DNA of 64,000 nt from Macrostomum lignano (lineage: Eukaryota). The DNA lies in contig NIVC01001414.1 in the NCBI GenBank assembly GCA_002269645.1, forward strand, positions 252,945-316,944, given 5' to 3'. A program made the position numbers and the translations under genes. The notes under the pieces are model-generated. The model saw only the letters and a program-made list of their open reading frames with translations. It did not search any database and was not told the origin of the DNA. Positions within the stretch are counted from its first letter, which is position 1. Each line of letters begins with the position of its first letter. Shown piece by piece: positions 12,043 to 24,463 of this stretch.

Positions 12043-15000
12043 CTGAGGGGATGCGAATTGAAGCAATGAAGGATAATTTGCATGCAGTAGCTGTGTGTGC
12101 TGTAGCTGTGTGTACTGTAGCTATGTGCTGTAGCTGTGTGTGCTGTAGCTGTGTGTGCTGTAGCTATGTGCTGTAGCTGTGTGTGCTGTAGCTGTGTGTG
12201 CTGTAGCTGTGTGCTGTAGCTGTGTGTGCTGTAGCTGTGTGTGCTGTAGCTGTGTGTGCTGTAGCTGTGTGTGCTGTAGCTGTGTGTGCTGTAGCTGTGT
12301 GCTGTAGCTGTGTGTGCTGTAGCTGTGTGTGCTGTAGCTGTGTGTGCTGTAGCTGTGTGTGCTGTAGCTGTGTGTGCTGTAGCTGTAGCTGTGTGTGCTG
12401 TAGCTGTGTGTGCTGTAGCTGTGTGTGCTGTAGCTGTGTGCTGTAGCTGTGTGATGTAGCTGTGTGTGCTGTAGCTGTGTGTGCTGTAGCTGTGTGCTGT
12501 AGCTGTGTGTGCGGTAGCGAACTCACAGATGCTCATGAAAGTAGCTCTCTCCTTCAAATCTGAAACATGTTGACCGTTAAATGTTTTTTTAGAAGTTCAG
12601 TTTCCAGGTAAAGAATACTTAAGTATTAATAGTAACAGTTATTATATATATATACTTATGTATCCAAAGAGCAGTCACAATTCATTTTTAGTAATAGGGC
12701 TTGCAAAAAATGCTTGCTGGTGTCTTACAGCTCGCAGGCAGCTGAACATTAATCTTCAACTGGCAATCTGCAGTCAAACTGCACTGCAAACTCCCTCAAT
12801 GCAGCTCAGTCAGTGTCTGCTGCCCATTTAAACTACAAAAATGTAAAAATGCCCACTCAGAGCAACTGCAGTCAGCTGCTCAATATTCAATCATAAATTA
12901 CAGCATAATGTTTATCAATGATAAATCAAAGTCAAAGAGACATTCTAAGTCGTCATGGAAACTCACCCACGCAGCAGCTCAGCCAGTTCGCTCTTTCCAT
13001 TATGTGTGGCCCAATCCAGCGCAGTCTTGCCGTCAACGTCCTTCAGGCTCCAATCCGCCCCTGAGTCCAGCAGAACCCGACCGACTGCGGCGGCGGTGGC
13101 GGGGGGCGCAAAGACGGCTGCATCCATGAGGGGCGTGGCTTCACAGTTATTTCTGACATTAGCGGAGTCTCCGGCAGCCAGCAGAGCGGAGGCTGCGGCA
13201 GAATTACCAGCCTCAGCTGCACGATGCAGGCAACTTTCAGCCCATTTATCCGCACAGGTGGGGTCACCCAGCTGCACCAGCTGCTTCCACAGAGCCTCAT
13301 CGACACACGAGCTGTTCTGAGCTGCCCACATCAACGCGGTGTAACCATTTCTGTCAGGCAGGTCGCAGCTGTCGTGGGTCGCCGCTCGCCGCAGCCTCGC
13401 CGAGTCGCCCGCCTCGGCCAGCCGCTGCAGTTTCTGTCGATCCGCCTCCTCCTGCAAAGGCGAGCGGGAAATTTGAGCACAGCTGCTCAGCTGCAGCCGC
13501 ATCGGTACTGCAGATGCCGCTCACCTGGTCTGTCAGGCCGGAGATCCAGCCATCTGCATCCACAACCAGCCGCATCTCCCTGCAACAGCAAAAATGAGCT
13601 GCGAATTTGCAATTTTCTCAAATCCTAACTAGAAATTTCTAATTATCTGAGCTGCTCGCAGATGGAGTTTCCAAGAGGACTGCAGCAGCTCTGCAACAAT
13701 CAGCATTGGCGAGAGCGCATCCGACTTCTCACACGCAGCTCATTTTCCATTTCTGCAGCACGAGTTTCCTTCCATCTCACAATGTCTCACAAAGCACTCA
13801 CGCACAGCTTCCCAGTTCTCCATCAGCAGCTCAACCCACACACTCTCACTGCACACCGAGGCCCTACAGCTTCCATTCTCGACTGAGATCAGCCGGCACC
13901 CCATTGGCTGTGAGGCAGCCAGCCAATCACAGCTCTCGCCCATCAAGCAGTCAGCCAGAGACAAGCTCAGCTGACTGGCTCTGATTGGCTGGCATGAGAC
14001 TGCAGCTCTGGCCACCCCAGCCGAATGCTGCAAAACTTGATGGACACAGCAGCGAACTGCTCACTCACCGCTCGATGTAGCTGGCCAGCTCTGAGTGGCC
14101 GCTGAGCCTCGCCAGGTCCGACGCCGTCCGACCCTTGGGATTCATCAGTCCGAGCAGCCGCGACCTCTTCGAGTTTCTGTGCTCCGTGGACTCATTGAAA
14201 CTCCACTGCCTGAGCAGGTGCAGCAGGTGCTTGGCGCATTTCCAGCTTCCAGTCCGCGCCGCCTCCATCAGCGGAGTGGCGCCGTTGTTGTTCCGCAGCC
14301 ACTTCTCATCGAACGACAGCAGCGTCAGCAGCCGCAGGTGGTCCCGCCGGGCTGCCAGGTGCGCAGCCGTGTCGCCGTTCGCGTCAGCCGCCTTGGGGTT
14401 CGCGCCCAGCTCAAATAAGTACAAGATGCACTTTTCAGTGTGCACGGGAGTCTCAGGAGCGTCGGCCGCCAGCATGAGGACGGTCCGACGAGCTGCATCA
14501 GCGCTGGTGACCAGCTGGCGCGTTGCCAGCCGCCGCACCCGGCCGAAGTCACCTCGGATGACGTCGTGGGCGAGAGTCTGGAGATCGGCTGGTGAGTCTC
14601 CGACGCTTGCCCGGTTGCTGGGGTCCGGCTGAGTGAGTTTCTGCAACTGCAATTGAGGCACCCAAGCTGCACATTCAAACATGTGAGTGAGTTCCCGCAA
14701 CTGCAATTGAGGCACCCAAGCTGCACATTCAAACATGTGAGTGAGTTCCCGCAACTGCAATTGAGGCACCCAAGCTGCTCATTCAAACATGTGAGTGAGT
14801 TCCTGCAACTGCAATTGAGGCACCCAAGCTGCACATTCAGGCCGTAGTTCAAAGTCTTGAAAAAATTTTCAGTGTAAACTTACTTCTTTAAATAATGTCG
14901 TGATGCTAGACGAGGCGGCTCTCCTGGAAGATTAATTTTGTCTAAATTTACGATGCGTATTTTGATGAAGCCTGTCTGTCTGTCTGTCTGTCTGTCTTCG

Positions 15001-15100
15001 TTTCTGACTGTCTGTCTGTCTGTCTGTCTGTCTGTCTGCCTGTCTGTCTGTCTGTCTGTCTGTCTTCGTTTCTGTCTGTCTGTCTGTCTGTCTGTCTTAG

Positions 15101-15153
<53 letters not shown>

Positions 15154-18100
15154 TTCTGTCTGCGTGTCTGTCTGTCTGTCAGTCTGTCTTTGTGTTTTAG
15201 TGTCTGTCTAACGTTCTGTCTGTCAGAAATAGCAGTGTGTGTTGCAGTTGTCTGGTGTAGATAACTCACTGATGCTCGTAATAGTCCCTGAATTTGTGTC
15301 CAGCTGAACTCCTCCAACTCGCCGAGACGGAGGGGTTGTTTTCGATGTCGCTTCCGCTACCGCTATCGTTATCGCTTCGAGTGTCGGAATAGTATCGGAA
15401 CAGCTTACCTTTCCTGACCACCAACTTGATGTCGCCCTCGCTTGCGGCCTCTTCTAAAGTCGCAGCTGTTGTCATTTTGTCTTCTCTGGCAAAAGGAATT
15501 TATGAGGCTTCTGTGTGGTTGAAAAATGTTCTGATGGTAATAAACATGCTGTTTGCTACTGTAAATTTATTCTTTTATGAGAATTTCGGACTCTAGAGCG
15601 TTATGGACAAGCAAGAATTCAAACGTACAAACCTTTAAATATATGTATATTTAGATGGATATGAGTTTTCCAGGACAGGCTCTGGGTTGTTGTGGAGAAA
15701 AAAACAAAAAAAGTTTTTCAAGTGAATATTCACAACCAGTTCTATCTTACTATCTAATAGTCGTTCATCAGCAGATACAAGTACAATTCAGAATGTTAGT
15801 AAAATTTTAATCTCACCCCACATTCGGTGTCTCCGCCCTTGCCAGCACTGCGACCACCTCCGAGTGCCCTTTGGTCTCTGCCGCATTCAGCGGAGTGGCA
15901 TCCGAAAAGTTCCTCTCATCGCGGGATGCACCGTATCTGAGGAAAAGCTCAACGAATTCCGTGTTGCCAGCAGCAGAAGCCAAGTGCAGAGGCGTATTTC
16001 CCTCCAGATCTGCTGCGTTGAGATCCGCACCCAGCTGGAGCAACAGCTCTGCGCACTTGAGGTGACATTTGCTAGACGGCCGCAAGCCTCCACTGGCTGC
16101 CACCGTGAGAGGAGTTCTTCCCTCCCAGTCTCTCCAGTTGCAGTTCTCTTTGTTTACAGTTTTTTTAAACCCCTTCTTCCTAGCTTGGCTGATGAGGCAG
16201 TTCAGCTTCTCGGCTTCCTGAAAATTTTATGGCAAATTTTTAGGTGACCATCTGTGGTTTTTTTCGATCGCTTTCTCGGCAACAGAAACGTTTACTTACC
16301 GTAATGGAGTGCTCGTTTAACCCAAATTTCTCTCTAAAATGATTTGTTTAAACGGTAATTTTCATTTTAAAAGAATGAATGCCTGAATATCCACGGTGAT
16401 ACAAAACTAATAAAATAACTAAAAAGATATTTAATTACAATTCCTGAAATGTCAAGTATAGTTGTCAGTTATCACCCAGTACTTTTATTTTATTGACAGT
16501 ACTAGGTGTGAAATGTTTAAAATACTCGCAGAAGGGCTGCTGGCGAAAGTGACATGCATCGTTTCAGCAACCCCTGCTGAGGCAGTTCTGCCTATTGCGC
16601 TGACTCCTGAGCGCATACGGTACAAGAGCGTCAATACGGTACACAGGCACGCACTCATACACACGATCACACAGGATGCATAGCGGTCCTGACTTTCTAA
16701 TCGTCATACAGGTACATTCTGTGTGCCTTAGGGGTCGGCCCTGATGGCTGTGAATCACAAAAAAACCCCAGCCAATGATCCGTGCACGAGCTCCTAATGA
16801 ATGGGGCGGCGCACAGAATCAAAACTCTGAGCTGCTCTGCCGTTGTTTGGCTCCCAGACCTTGAGCCTGACCAGTTCAGGTATTTCTACTCACTGCAGAA
16901 GATGCAAGCAGATGTCATCGTAGCCCTGCTTCCACGCAGACCAGTAGATGCTGGCGTATTTCTTGGCACCGCTGTCACGCAGAATCTCCGGCTCATGCTT
17001 CAGAACAGTCTTCACCAGCTCCAGGTTTCCAGCAGAAACAGCCATGGTCAGGGCAGACTGACCGGCCTTGTCAGTGAGCTGAGAGTTGGCCCCGTTGTCC
17101 AACAGCATCTCTGCTACCGGAGCATTCTCCTCTTCTACTGCCAGCAGCAACGGCGTCATGCAGCTTCCATCTGCGCTGTTGATGTCTTCCCTGTGGTTTG
17201 CCAGCAAAGTGTTTAGCAGAGGAATGTTGTTGGAGAGGACGGCGCAGTGCCAGACGGAGTGCTTCCGGCTGTCTGCAGCTTGCGGATCAGCTCCTCTGCT
17301 GATGAGGATTTCGAAGCACTCGGCATGAGCCTCGGAGCCTTGAGAGAAGTCCGTGACTGAGGCTGCTGCGGCACAGAGAAGGGCCGTGCGATGAGGAAAC
17401 GATTCGTGTGGGTCTTGCAGCACTGACGGATCGGCTTCAAGGATTTGAGCGAGCTTTGACGCATCTCCGGTGGCTGCGAGATGATGCAGAGCTCTGGGAG
17501 TCTGTAAAGTTTATTTTGAAGCATATTTATATCAAATATATCAAAACTTACTGGCTATGACGAAAATATTATCGCTAGTAGTTTTCTCGGGGGTTTCCAA
17601 GACAGCAGAATCTGTATTGTTCCATTGTCGTGCCGTGAATTTGGCATAAAGAAACTCAAGGTTTATTTTAACTAGCAAGTAGCTTATTTATTAATGACAC
17701 GAGCAGGGGCTGAGAGAACACCGAAATAAAGTCACGTGATGATAATTAACCACGTACAAGTACATGGAGGCTTAGGGGTACGGCCAGTCAGAGCGAAGGG
17801 AGAGGAAAGAATGGTGTGCACGTACGATGCACGTACATAGCATAAGTTAGTTAGTCAGTCAGTGCCTAGAGCTCAGCGCTCCGGCACCACATTCCCAAAG
17901 CAATCTCTGAAAGGGGTCCACTTCGATAGAAAGTCCTGCAACATCATATGCTTTTACTTGCTACTTAATTAGTCAAGCAATGAATCACTGTTAGCAGACA
18001 ATTACGAAAAAATAAATTTACAACAAACCCCAGATGTCTCACTGAGTTCCTATTAAATATTTTATTATAAACAGCACGAGCCTCATTTAGAATTCGAGCT

Positions 18101-21100
18101 ACATGCAAGAGTATCCTTCTCAGCGCCTGACTTTATACTGGCGCTGGCTTCCTGGCTGAGAACTTTAAACTAGCTGACTACTGTAGGCCTCCCAAACTGG
18201 AAGGCAACATTTTGAATCTACACCCCACCTTCAAACTCTCCGAGTCTGAGACGAGGCTGCTAGATAGGGGACTCAATTTTATCCCAACCCAAGCCCTTGA
18301 TTTCGATGATTTGAGGAACTGCATGACGGAATTTCATCGTAAACTTTTCTGGAAAGACTTTTTCAAAAAGAGGGGTCTTGCCAATACCAGCCCGCCCCCC
18401 CTTCACCGGGAAATCAGTGAAGGAGGTTCCCCTCAGACTTAGAAGGGATGAGTGCAACTTGTTGGTACTTGAGAACCAAAATCTGGTAGAGAATTTGACA
18501 ACGGTACAGATCAAAGGCAACCTAGAGGTACCAGAGACCTGGGCGATTCAGGGGCTCAAGCGAAACAGCTCCGTCCTTATAAAAAGCCGGACAAAGGCAA
18601 CGCAGTGGTCATCATGCACCCCAAGGATTACGAATTTGCAGCCTACAACCAATTGCTTGACACTAATGCCTATCAACAGCTGGACCAGCCACTGCAACCC
18701 GAGACTGCGGAACTTATTAGGGGGATCTTCCTCAATTTATGTAACAGAAAGTTCATTTCTAAGAAACAGTGTGCATTTCTTTGTCCCGGAGAGAACTTCC
18801 GTCCCCGGCATTTCTACCTGCTCCCAAAAATTCACAAGGACCCGGCCACCTGGCTGATCCCCTTTCGGGTCCCAGCAGGCAGACCTATTGTTAGCGGATG
18901 CAGTTCTGAAGCAATTGGGGCAGAAAAGTACATAGACTTCTTTCTAAAACCGATTGCCCAAGCGCAACCCACTTTCATTAAGGACTCCTATGACTTCAAG
19001 CAGCCTATGACCTTATGGATAAAAGCTGCACAGAAGGTTCGACTCTGGCAACTTGTGATGTCCAGAGTCTGTACTCCATGATCCCAATAGATCAGGGCAT
19101 TGCAGCGATCCAGGAATTCTTTAACCGATACCCGGATCCCATTAGACCGGATGCTGAAATAATAAAGCTACTGGAACTGTGTTTGTACAGGAATGACTTT
19201 GAATTTGACAAAATGATTTTCCTACAACTTAGAGGTACAGCCATGGGGCGCATATTTGCGCCCAGCTATGCCTGTCTCTTCATGAGCCTCTGGGAGGAAA
19301 CTGCCCTGAGAACTGCTCTTTATAAGCCGAACATCTATTTTAGGTACATAGATGATATCTTCATTCACTGGGAACACCCGGCTGAAGCTCTGACAGAATT
19401 TGTTCGACACCTGAATTCAATCAACCCCAACATCAAACTCACCGTCAGCTCCTCATCAACTGAGGTCAGTTTCCTTGACATGACCATCAGGAAAGCTGAA
19501 AACCGCTTCACAAGACAACTGTTTTCAAAAGAAACAGACACTCATAGATTGTTGCACCGACAGTCCTTCCATCCGTCACACACCTTCAAGGGGGTAGTAA
19601 AATCCCAAGTCCTTCGGTACTCTCGTATCTGTGATGACTACAAGTCTTTCAACGATGCTTTCAATTCTTTAAAATCGGAACTCAAGCAATTAGGCTACTC
19701 GAAGATTTTTCTTAGGAACTGCAAAAAGGAGGTCCTCAAACTTATGAACTGGACTGCGGGACCAACAACCAATCTGGGTCTGCTTCCTAAAGGGTTCCAT
19801 CCCTGTGGGTCATCCACGGACTACTTTGTGTTTCGCATTTGCTTTATACAAGAAACCTGTTATACCAATTTAGTCTATACCTTTTGCATACATTTTGATA
19901 AAAGCCTATAATATTAAAATGACATCAAAAAACATAATTGAATACTTAGACTTAAATTATTATTCTCAAAATCTTTGTCTTATTTCGTCTTTTCACTCTT
20001 TTTATCCGATGCGATGGGCACAGAACCAGTGGTATCTATACCTGTACGTCTTCGATAGGTTTTTCGTATGCCCAGGTTAAAGGTTCGCTCCACAGAGACA
20101 ATCAACGGGGTAATACTGAAGCATCGTTTGAAGTAGGTGCTATATCAAGGTAAAGAGCCATATTTTATGCCATAGTGTCGCACTTCGAAACTCACCAGAC
20201 AAAAGCTAGTACTCGTCGCTTGAAACTAATTTTAAGGTTTCTACATCGTTTTAATCATACATTGCATATCTCACACCAACAAGGACTAAGTTATGTGCAT
20301 CCTGTGAAAAAACTACACTTCGGCGAGTTTCTGGAGTCGGGCTACATAAAATTGAATATTCAGCCTCCAATAAAATTTGCACGTTTCGCGCGTGTCGCGT
20401 CCTTCTACTTAAGTAGTCCGTGGGGTCATCACGCTGCAAATGCTGCACCCACTCACAACCTGCTCTCTCCGCCCAGGGGCTGAAACCGGCTTCCGGTTTT
20501 TTAATCTCTCAGAGCCTGTCCTGTGGCTCCAAGAATATCATCTATGGCATCTCCTGCAACCAGTGCCACCCTGGGAAGATCTTCTATGTAGGGATGACAA
20601 GAAGAACAATGAGAGATAGAATGAACCAACACAGGTCAAATATTAACAGGAGGGTCGTGACTTCGGGATCAGAGCACTTTCTCACCCCCAATCACTCGAT
20701 TGCAAACTTTGTCTCCATTGCTATCGAACAAATTCTTAATAACAACAAAATCGAACTTAGGGAAGAAATCTGGATTAAAAAACTGGGGACTGACAAACCG
20801 CCGGGTACGAACATCAGGGTCGACAATCATCTTCTCCGACCCATCCCATTGGTCCTTCCTTTTCACCCATCTACGGTCTGGCTTGCCAACGAGATTGCTA
20901 AAAACTTTGATAAGCTACAAAATAAACCAGGCTCCCGCATACTGCCCGCTTTTACACGGCAACGTAACTTACAGAGCCTCCTGGCGCCCAATAAGTTCAA
21001 GTCTCAGCCAGGAAACATTTAATCATTTTAACCAATGCGCTATTTGTGCCTATAGAACTACAATATTTATTCACTTTGTCGTGTATTTTACTCAAACTGC

Positions 21101-24100
21101 TTGATTGTACGCGCAAATATCGATTTTTATGCTCCCACCCTCAATACCGCATTTTATTTAATCGTACTTCGAAAAAACAATTTTTTAATATACTAAATAT
21201 ACCGTCGCTTAAACTGACCGGTTGAAAGCCTCTGGGACAAGTTAGAGCTAGAATGAACCCAGTTTAAATGTACACCCCTCATATGTACAGCAGCTCAGCA
21301 ATTTTATTTGACTGAGAAAACTAATACTTAAAAGACCAACTTGCACTGCATGAAACACTGATTTTTGGCCTGACGAAGAGCCCAGAGGCTCGAAACCGGT
21401 AGCCCATATTAAATTAATTAGTCTTTTGATTTTTGAAACACGCCGTGACCTCTCTTCTCTCTCTCTCTCTCTACCTTTCTTTAGCTTTCAAATTATAAAT
21501 CAGGCATGAAGTAACTGTATGGAGTTATACGAGTAGTTAAAAATCATGACAACGAGTACAACTTTGCTTGCATTATAAGGCAGCCACCGCAAGATTTCCT
21601 AACTTCAACATCCCTCTCTCCACGGAAGTTCAGACTTTCAAAGAGTAATCTCGGGTACTTTCAGCACAACTATTACATTGAAGCGTATTCAATACGTTTC
21701 TAACGTATTCTGATTCCAGCTATGCAAATGCTTAATTATAATGCCACATTCTCTCAATGAGAATCGTTAGCACAAACTTTTCACCGTTAAAATCCACCCG
21801 ATTCCTTCCCCTGTCTCAAAACTGCAGAGAAGTCTTATGATTTTCAAAACAACTTTTTACTGGTTAGGGTTTTTCTATAAGTATCTGACCACCAGCAACA
21901 GAGTTTGAAATATTAAACAGCATTATATAGATCTGTTTATCTTCGCTCTAGAGACATAGGTGTACTGAAGAATTTAAATGTTTAGAAATTTTTTCATCAC
22001 AACGTTCAGAAAGTAAAAAAAGCAATCATACAAGATTAGACCATTGGCAATTAAAAGTATCAATAGAGAAGATGTTCTACGAGCGGAAGTCGACGCCCCT
22101 TTTTCTAGTTTTTTGCATAAAATAGTAGCTCTTACAGACAGAATTAATGCGATTTTGAGGCAGTGTAAAATTCTGTACTGAAAGATCTCATAACAATTAC
22201 TACAAAAGCATTGTGCTGCTCTGCGACCACTTACATGTGCTGGAGATTCTGCATCAGCGCTCTCCTTTTGGGCTTCCTGAGCTCTGAAATGGGACGATAC
22301 ATTGTGTCACCACTATGATAATGATAAAATTGCACTGTTAAAACTGTCTTACACTTTTGCTGCTGCCTGCAGCATGTGAGCGGTGTTTCGGCAGGGCACC
22401 GTGAAGCACTCCAGCTGAAACGAGTGCTCCTGAGCCAGCTGCTCACACTTGGAAGCCGCAGCACGCAGGAACTGGTCATCGCTGAACTCGCTTAGTACCT
22501 GTTCCGCTGACAGAGCTCCTGTGTCCTGATAGCATTCTCCTTGTTGAAAATCGAATAGAATTACTCGGATTTTCAGGCCAGAATCCGATTCCACTCGAAT
22601 TCGAGTCACGTCATGGTTGGGCAACCGCTTACGTTGACATTCGACTTCTTTTCTGGTCTTCAGGTACCATTCGCACGTGCTGATCTCGTTGAACAGAATG
22701 CACAGATAAACTGGCGTAGAACGCTTTGAGCTCTCAGCGATGCAATGCTCCAACTCTTCATTGACTGCTTCATCTTCTCCGTTTAAGCAGGAAGTCACAG
22801 CGACTCTCATCGAGCACTGGGGCTGATCTCCGATCGTCACCAACGCATCGCCTGCCGTCAAGTCCAAAAGTGACTCAAGACGGGTTTCTCCCGGGACCCT
22901 CAGTAGATGGCAGAACACAAAAGCGGATGACAGGAAATGCCTGATTGAAACGTCATCAAGCAGCTGCGGTTGGACTGAGGATTTGAGTATTCGGTCAGCA
23001 GTGCTTGGATCGACTTGAATCCTGAGCTGCTTGACTCCAGTCACTTTGATCAGTTGCGATACAAGTCTGCACAGATCACCGAGCACTGGGGGAAAAGTTG
23101 CACTGAATCGCTCGCTTAAATTCGGCAAGCCCGTGAAGGTGACTTTTACCGAGTGCAATGAAGACACCACTGCATATGGAGCTTGATCCGATCCGGTCGT
23201 GTCTTCAGAATCATGAGCTTCCAGACTGGAAATCGTGATCTCACAGCCGGCGTCTTGGCTGTTGGAAGTTGTGAGTCTCAGAACTGGACTTGCCTCGACA
23301 GGTCTGCTTATGTTGTTACGTTTTGACTGAGAAGATCCCAGAATATCACACAGCTTGAGCACGGTTTGCCGGATGTCCACGCAATTTAGAATGTCCATAC
23401 TTTCTTTGGTGATTGGATTTCGTTTTTTTGTTGGCTGTAAAAAAGAACTTATCTAATATAAAGGACCACTAGTTGTTATAGTATGGTCTTGGCTTGTACA
23501 TGTATTGAAGCAGCGTCTCTCGAAGAGACAACTCTATAGCTATTTTATAATACGAGCCTAATACCTCTATAGGGAGGCAACGGATAAAGAAGTATTTTTA
23601 TGAAAAAACATGTGAGTCATGAGCTTCCATTTTTAATTTCTTAGGTGGGAGAGGGGATGGAGGAGAAAGGAGGGAAACATAGGGAGATATCTACTTTAGA
23701 GATGGAGGGATGTAGCAACTGTGCGAGTTGGCTGCATTCGAGAGAGGGTATCGGTAAGAACAATGTTTTCGATGGCCATTGCTGCAGTGAAGCTTTGGGT
23801 GGTGCTGTATTGGAAGAGTCTGTTGTCAGAGTAGCAGCTGTCAGTCACATGTGCATGCTGCCTGCAGCCCAGTTTGCCCTTATTGTCAGCCTAAAATTCA
23901 TAATATGCCGAAATTTTTCACCTTTTAAACAACGATATTCTACTTCGGCTTCAACATCAGTCGGCAGCTCTCTTATCAAAGCTGCTGGCAGAGGTATTGC
24001 GAATCCTAATGAGAGAACGATGTTAAACCATCAAAGAGGCTTGGAGAGAAAAAAGCATGGAAGCAGAAAGGCTTCGGCCAATGAAATCTTTATCAGCTGG

Positions 24101-24463
24101 GGTCGGCAAAAAGTTTTGGGGCGTTGACGGTAGTGGGACCGCCTGCGGCTTAGTGCGGATGCAGTGAAATAGGCACAAATTGGCGCTGGGGTAGCTGCGG
24201 TTCTGGGGTGAGTCTGGGGGTGAGTTATATGTTCAGCAAGTGTATCGGGGAATGTGCAGGTGTATTGGGCGCATGAATGTGCATTGGGTGCATGGATTAA
24301 AGGCTTAATGTGCTCACAGGTCCCTAGCCAGAAGCAACGCACCAACCCGCAAATGAACCGCAGAGTTTCGCAGCCACGAGAGACTCACCGGCAGATCTTC
24401 AAGCGTCAGCAGGTCAGGGTGGACAGTCAGACTCCGCACCCCAGAATCCGCAACATTCGTGGA
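11679..24463 (-). CDS. Multi-exon ankyrin-repeat + protein kinase gene (partial at both ends, 1338 codons)
   Basis: Exons 24389-24463, 22353-23434, 22235-22283, 16894-17501, 16300-16333, 15817-16217, 15270-15485, 14884-14923, 14069-14640, 13525-13579, 12967-13451, 12527-12559, 11679-12042. All are GT-AG, intron phases match at every junction, and the total is 4014 nt with no stop. The small exons and the first exon are the least certain. Confidence 0.75.
12078..12512. repeat. Intronic 13-15-bp repeat (CTGTAGCTGTGTGTG)n
   Basis: About 30 tandem copies filling intron 12043-12526. Confidence 0.95.
12967..13451 (-). CDS. Ankyrin-repeat exon
   Basis: [41 protein letters not shown] motifs. Confidence 0.92.
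14069..14640 (-). CDS. Ankyrin-repeat exon
   Basis: [47 protein letters not shown]. Confidence 0.92.
14631..14838. repeat. 54-bp tandem repeat (~4 copies) overlapping a splice acceptor
   Basis: Unit GTGAGTGAGTTCCCGCAACTGCAATTGAGGCACCCAAGCTGCACATTCAAACAT; on the - strand it contains TTGC(A/G)G|(A/G)AACTCACTCA. Confidence 0.9.
14973..15225. repeat. (GTCT)n microsatellite, intronic
   Basis: Direct reading. Confidence 0.95.
15817..16217 (-). CDS. Ankyrin-repeat exon
   Basis: [40 protein letters not shown]. Confidence 0.92.
16894..17501 (-). CDS. Ankyrin-repeat exon
   Basis: [45 protein letters not shown]. Confidence 0.92.
18212..19814 (+). pseudogene. PLE reverse transcriptase (frameshifted segments 18212-, 18378-, 18605-, 19015-)
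   Basis: RT motifs are spread over several frames; shifts near the C-run ~18395, the A-run ~18580 and ~19000. Confidence 0.9.
19815..20422. mobile_element. 608-bp non-autonomous DNA transposon (MITE; hAT- or P-type)
   Basis: 12-bp TIRs CACGGACTACTT/AAGTAGTCCGTG; perfect 8-bp TSD GGGTCATC (19807-19814, 20423-20430). Confidence 0.93.
20423..21022 (+). pseudogene. PLE GIY-YIG endonuclease domain
   Basis: [11 protein letters not shown]...[16 protein letters not shown]...HF...[14 protein letters not shown]. Confidence 0.9.
21367..21404 (+). ncRNA. Minimal type I hammerhead ribozyme
   Basis: GGC-CTGACGA-A-GAGCC(CAGA)GGCTC-GAAAC-CG-GTA-GCC: full core, 5-bp stem II, palindromic stem III ACCGGT, predicted cleavage after A21401. 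Confidence 0.88.
22353..23434 (-). CDS. Large 360-codon exon of unknown domain, N-terminal to the ankyrin repeats
   Basis: Open 349-aa ORF of normal complexity; acceptor TTTTTTACAG at 23435; phase-2 donor GT|GTAAGA matches the next exon. Confidence 0.75.

Larger units (their letters stand above)
18131..21450 (+). mobile_element. Penelope-like retroelement (Neptune-like), disrupted; antisense within an intron
   Basis: N-terminal [31 protein letters not shown]; RT motifs [24 protein letters not shown]; Cys linker [11 protein letters not shown]; GIY-YIG (IYGISC..YVGMT..R..QH); 3' hammerhead; ends at a (CT)n tract. About 3 frameshifts plus a MITE insertion. The 5' boundary is uncertain. Confidence 0.92.

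Noticed and set aside
16462-17328. Plus-strand ORFs opposite the ankyrin exons (also 41538-42380)
   Set aside because: Antisense shadows of GC-rich coding exons, duplicated with the paralog
17540-18130. 5' pseudo-LTR or second hammerhead of the PLE
   Set aside because: No convincing direct or inverted match to 21023-21450, and no CTGANGA...GAAA core found
19807-20430. MITE acting as a self-removing intron (introner)
   Set aside because: No GT...AG pair positioned to restore the frame on the + strand
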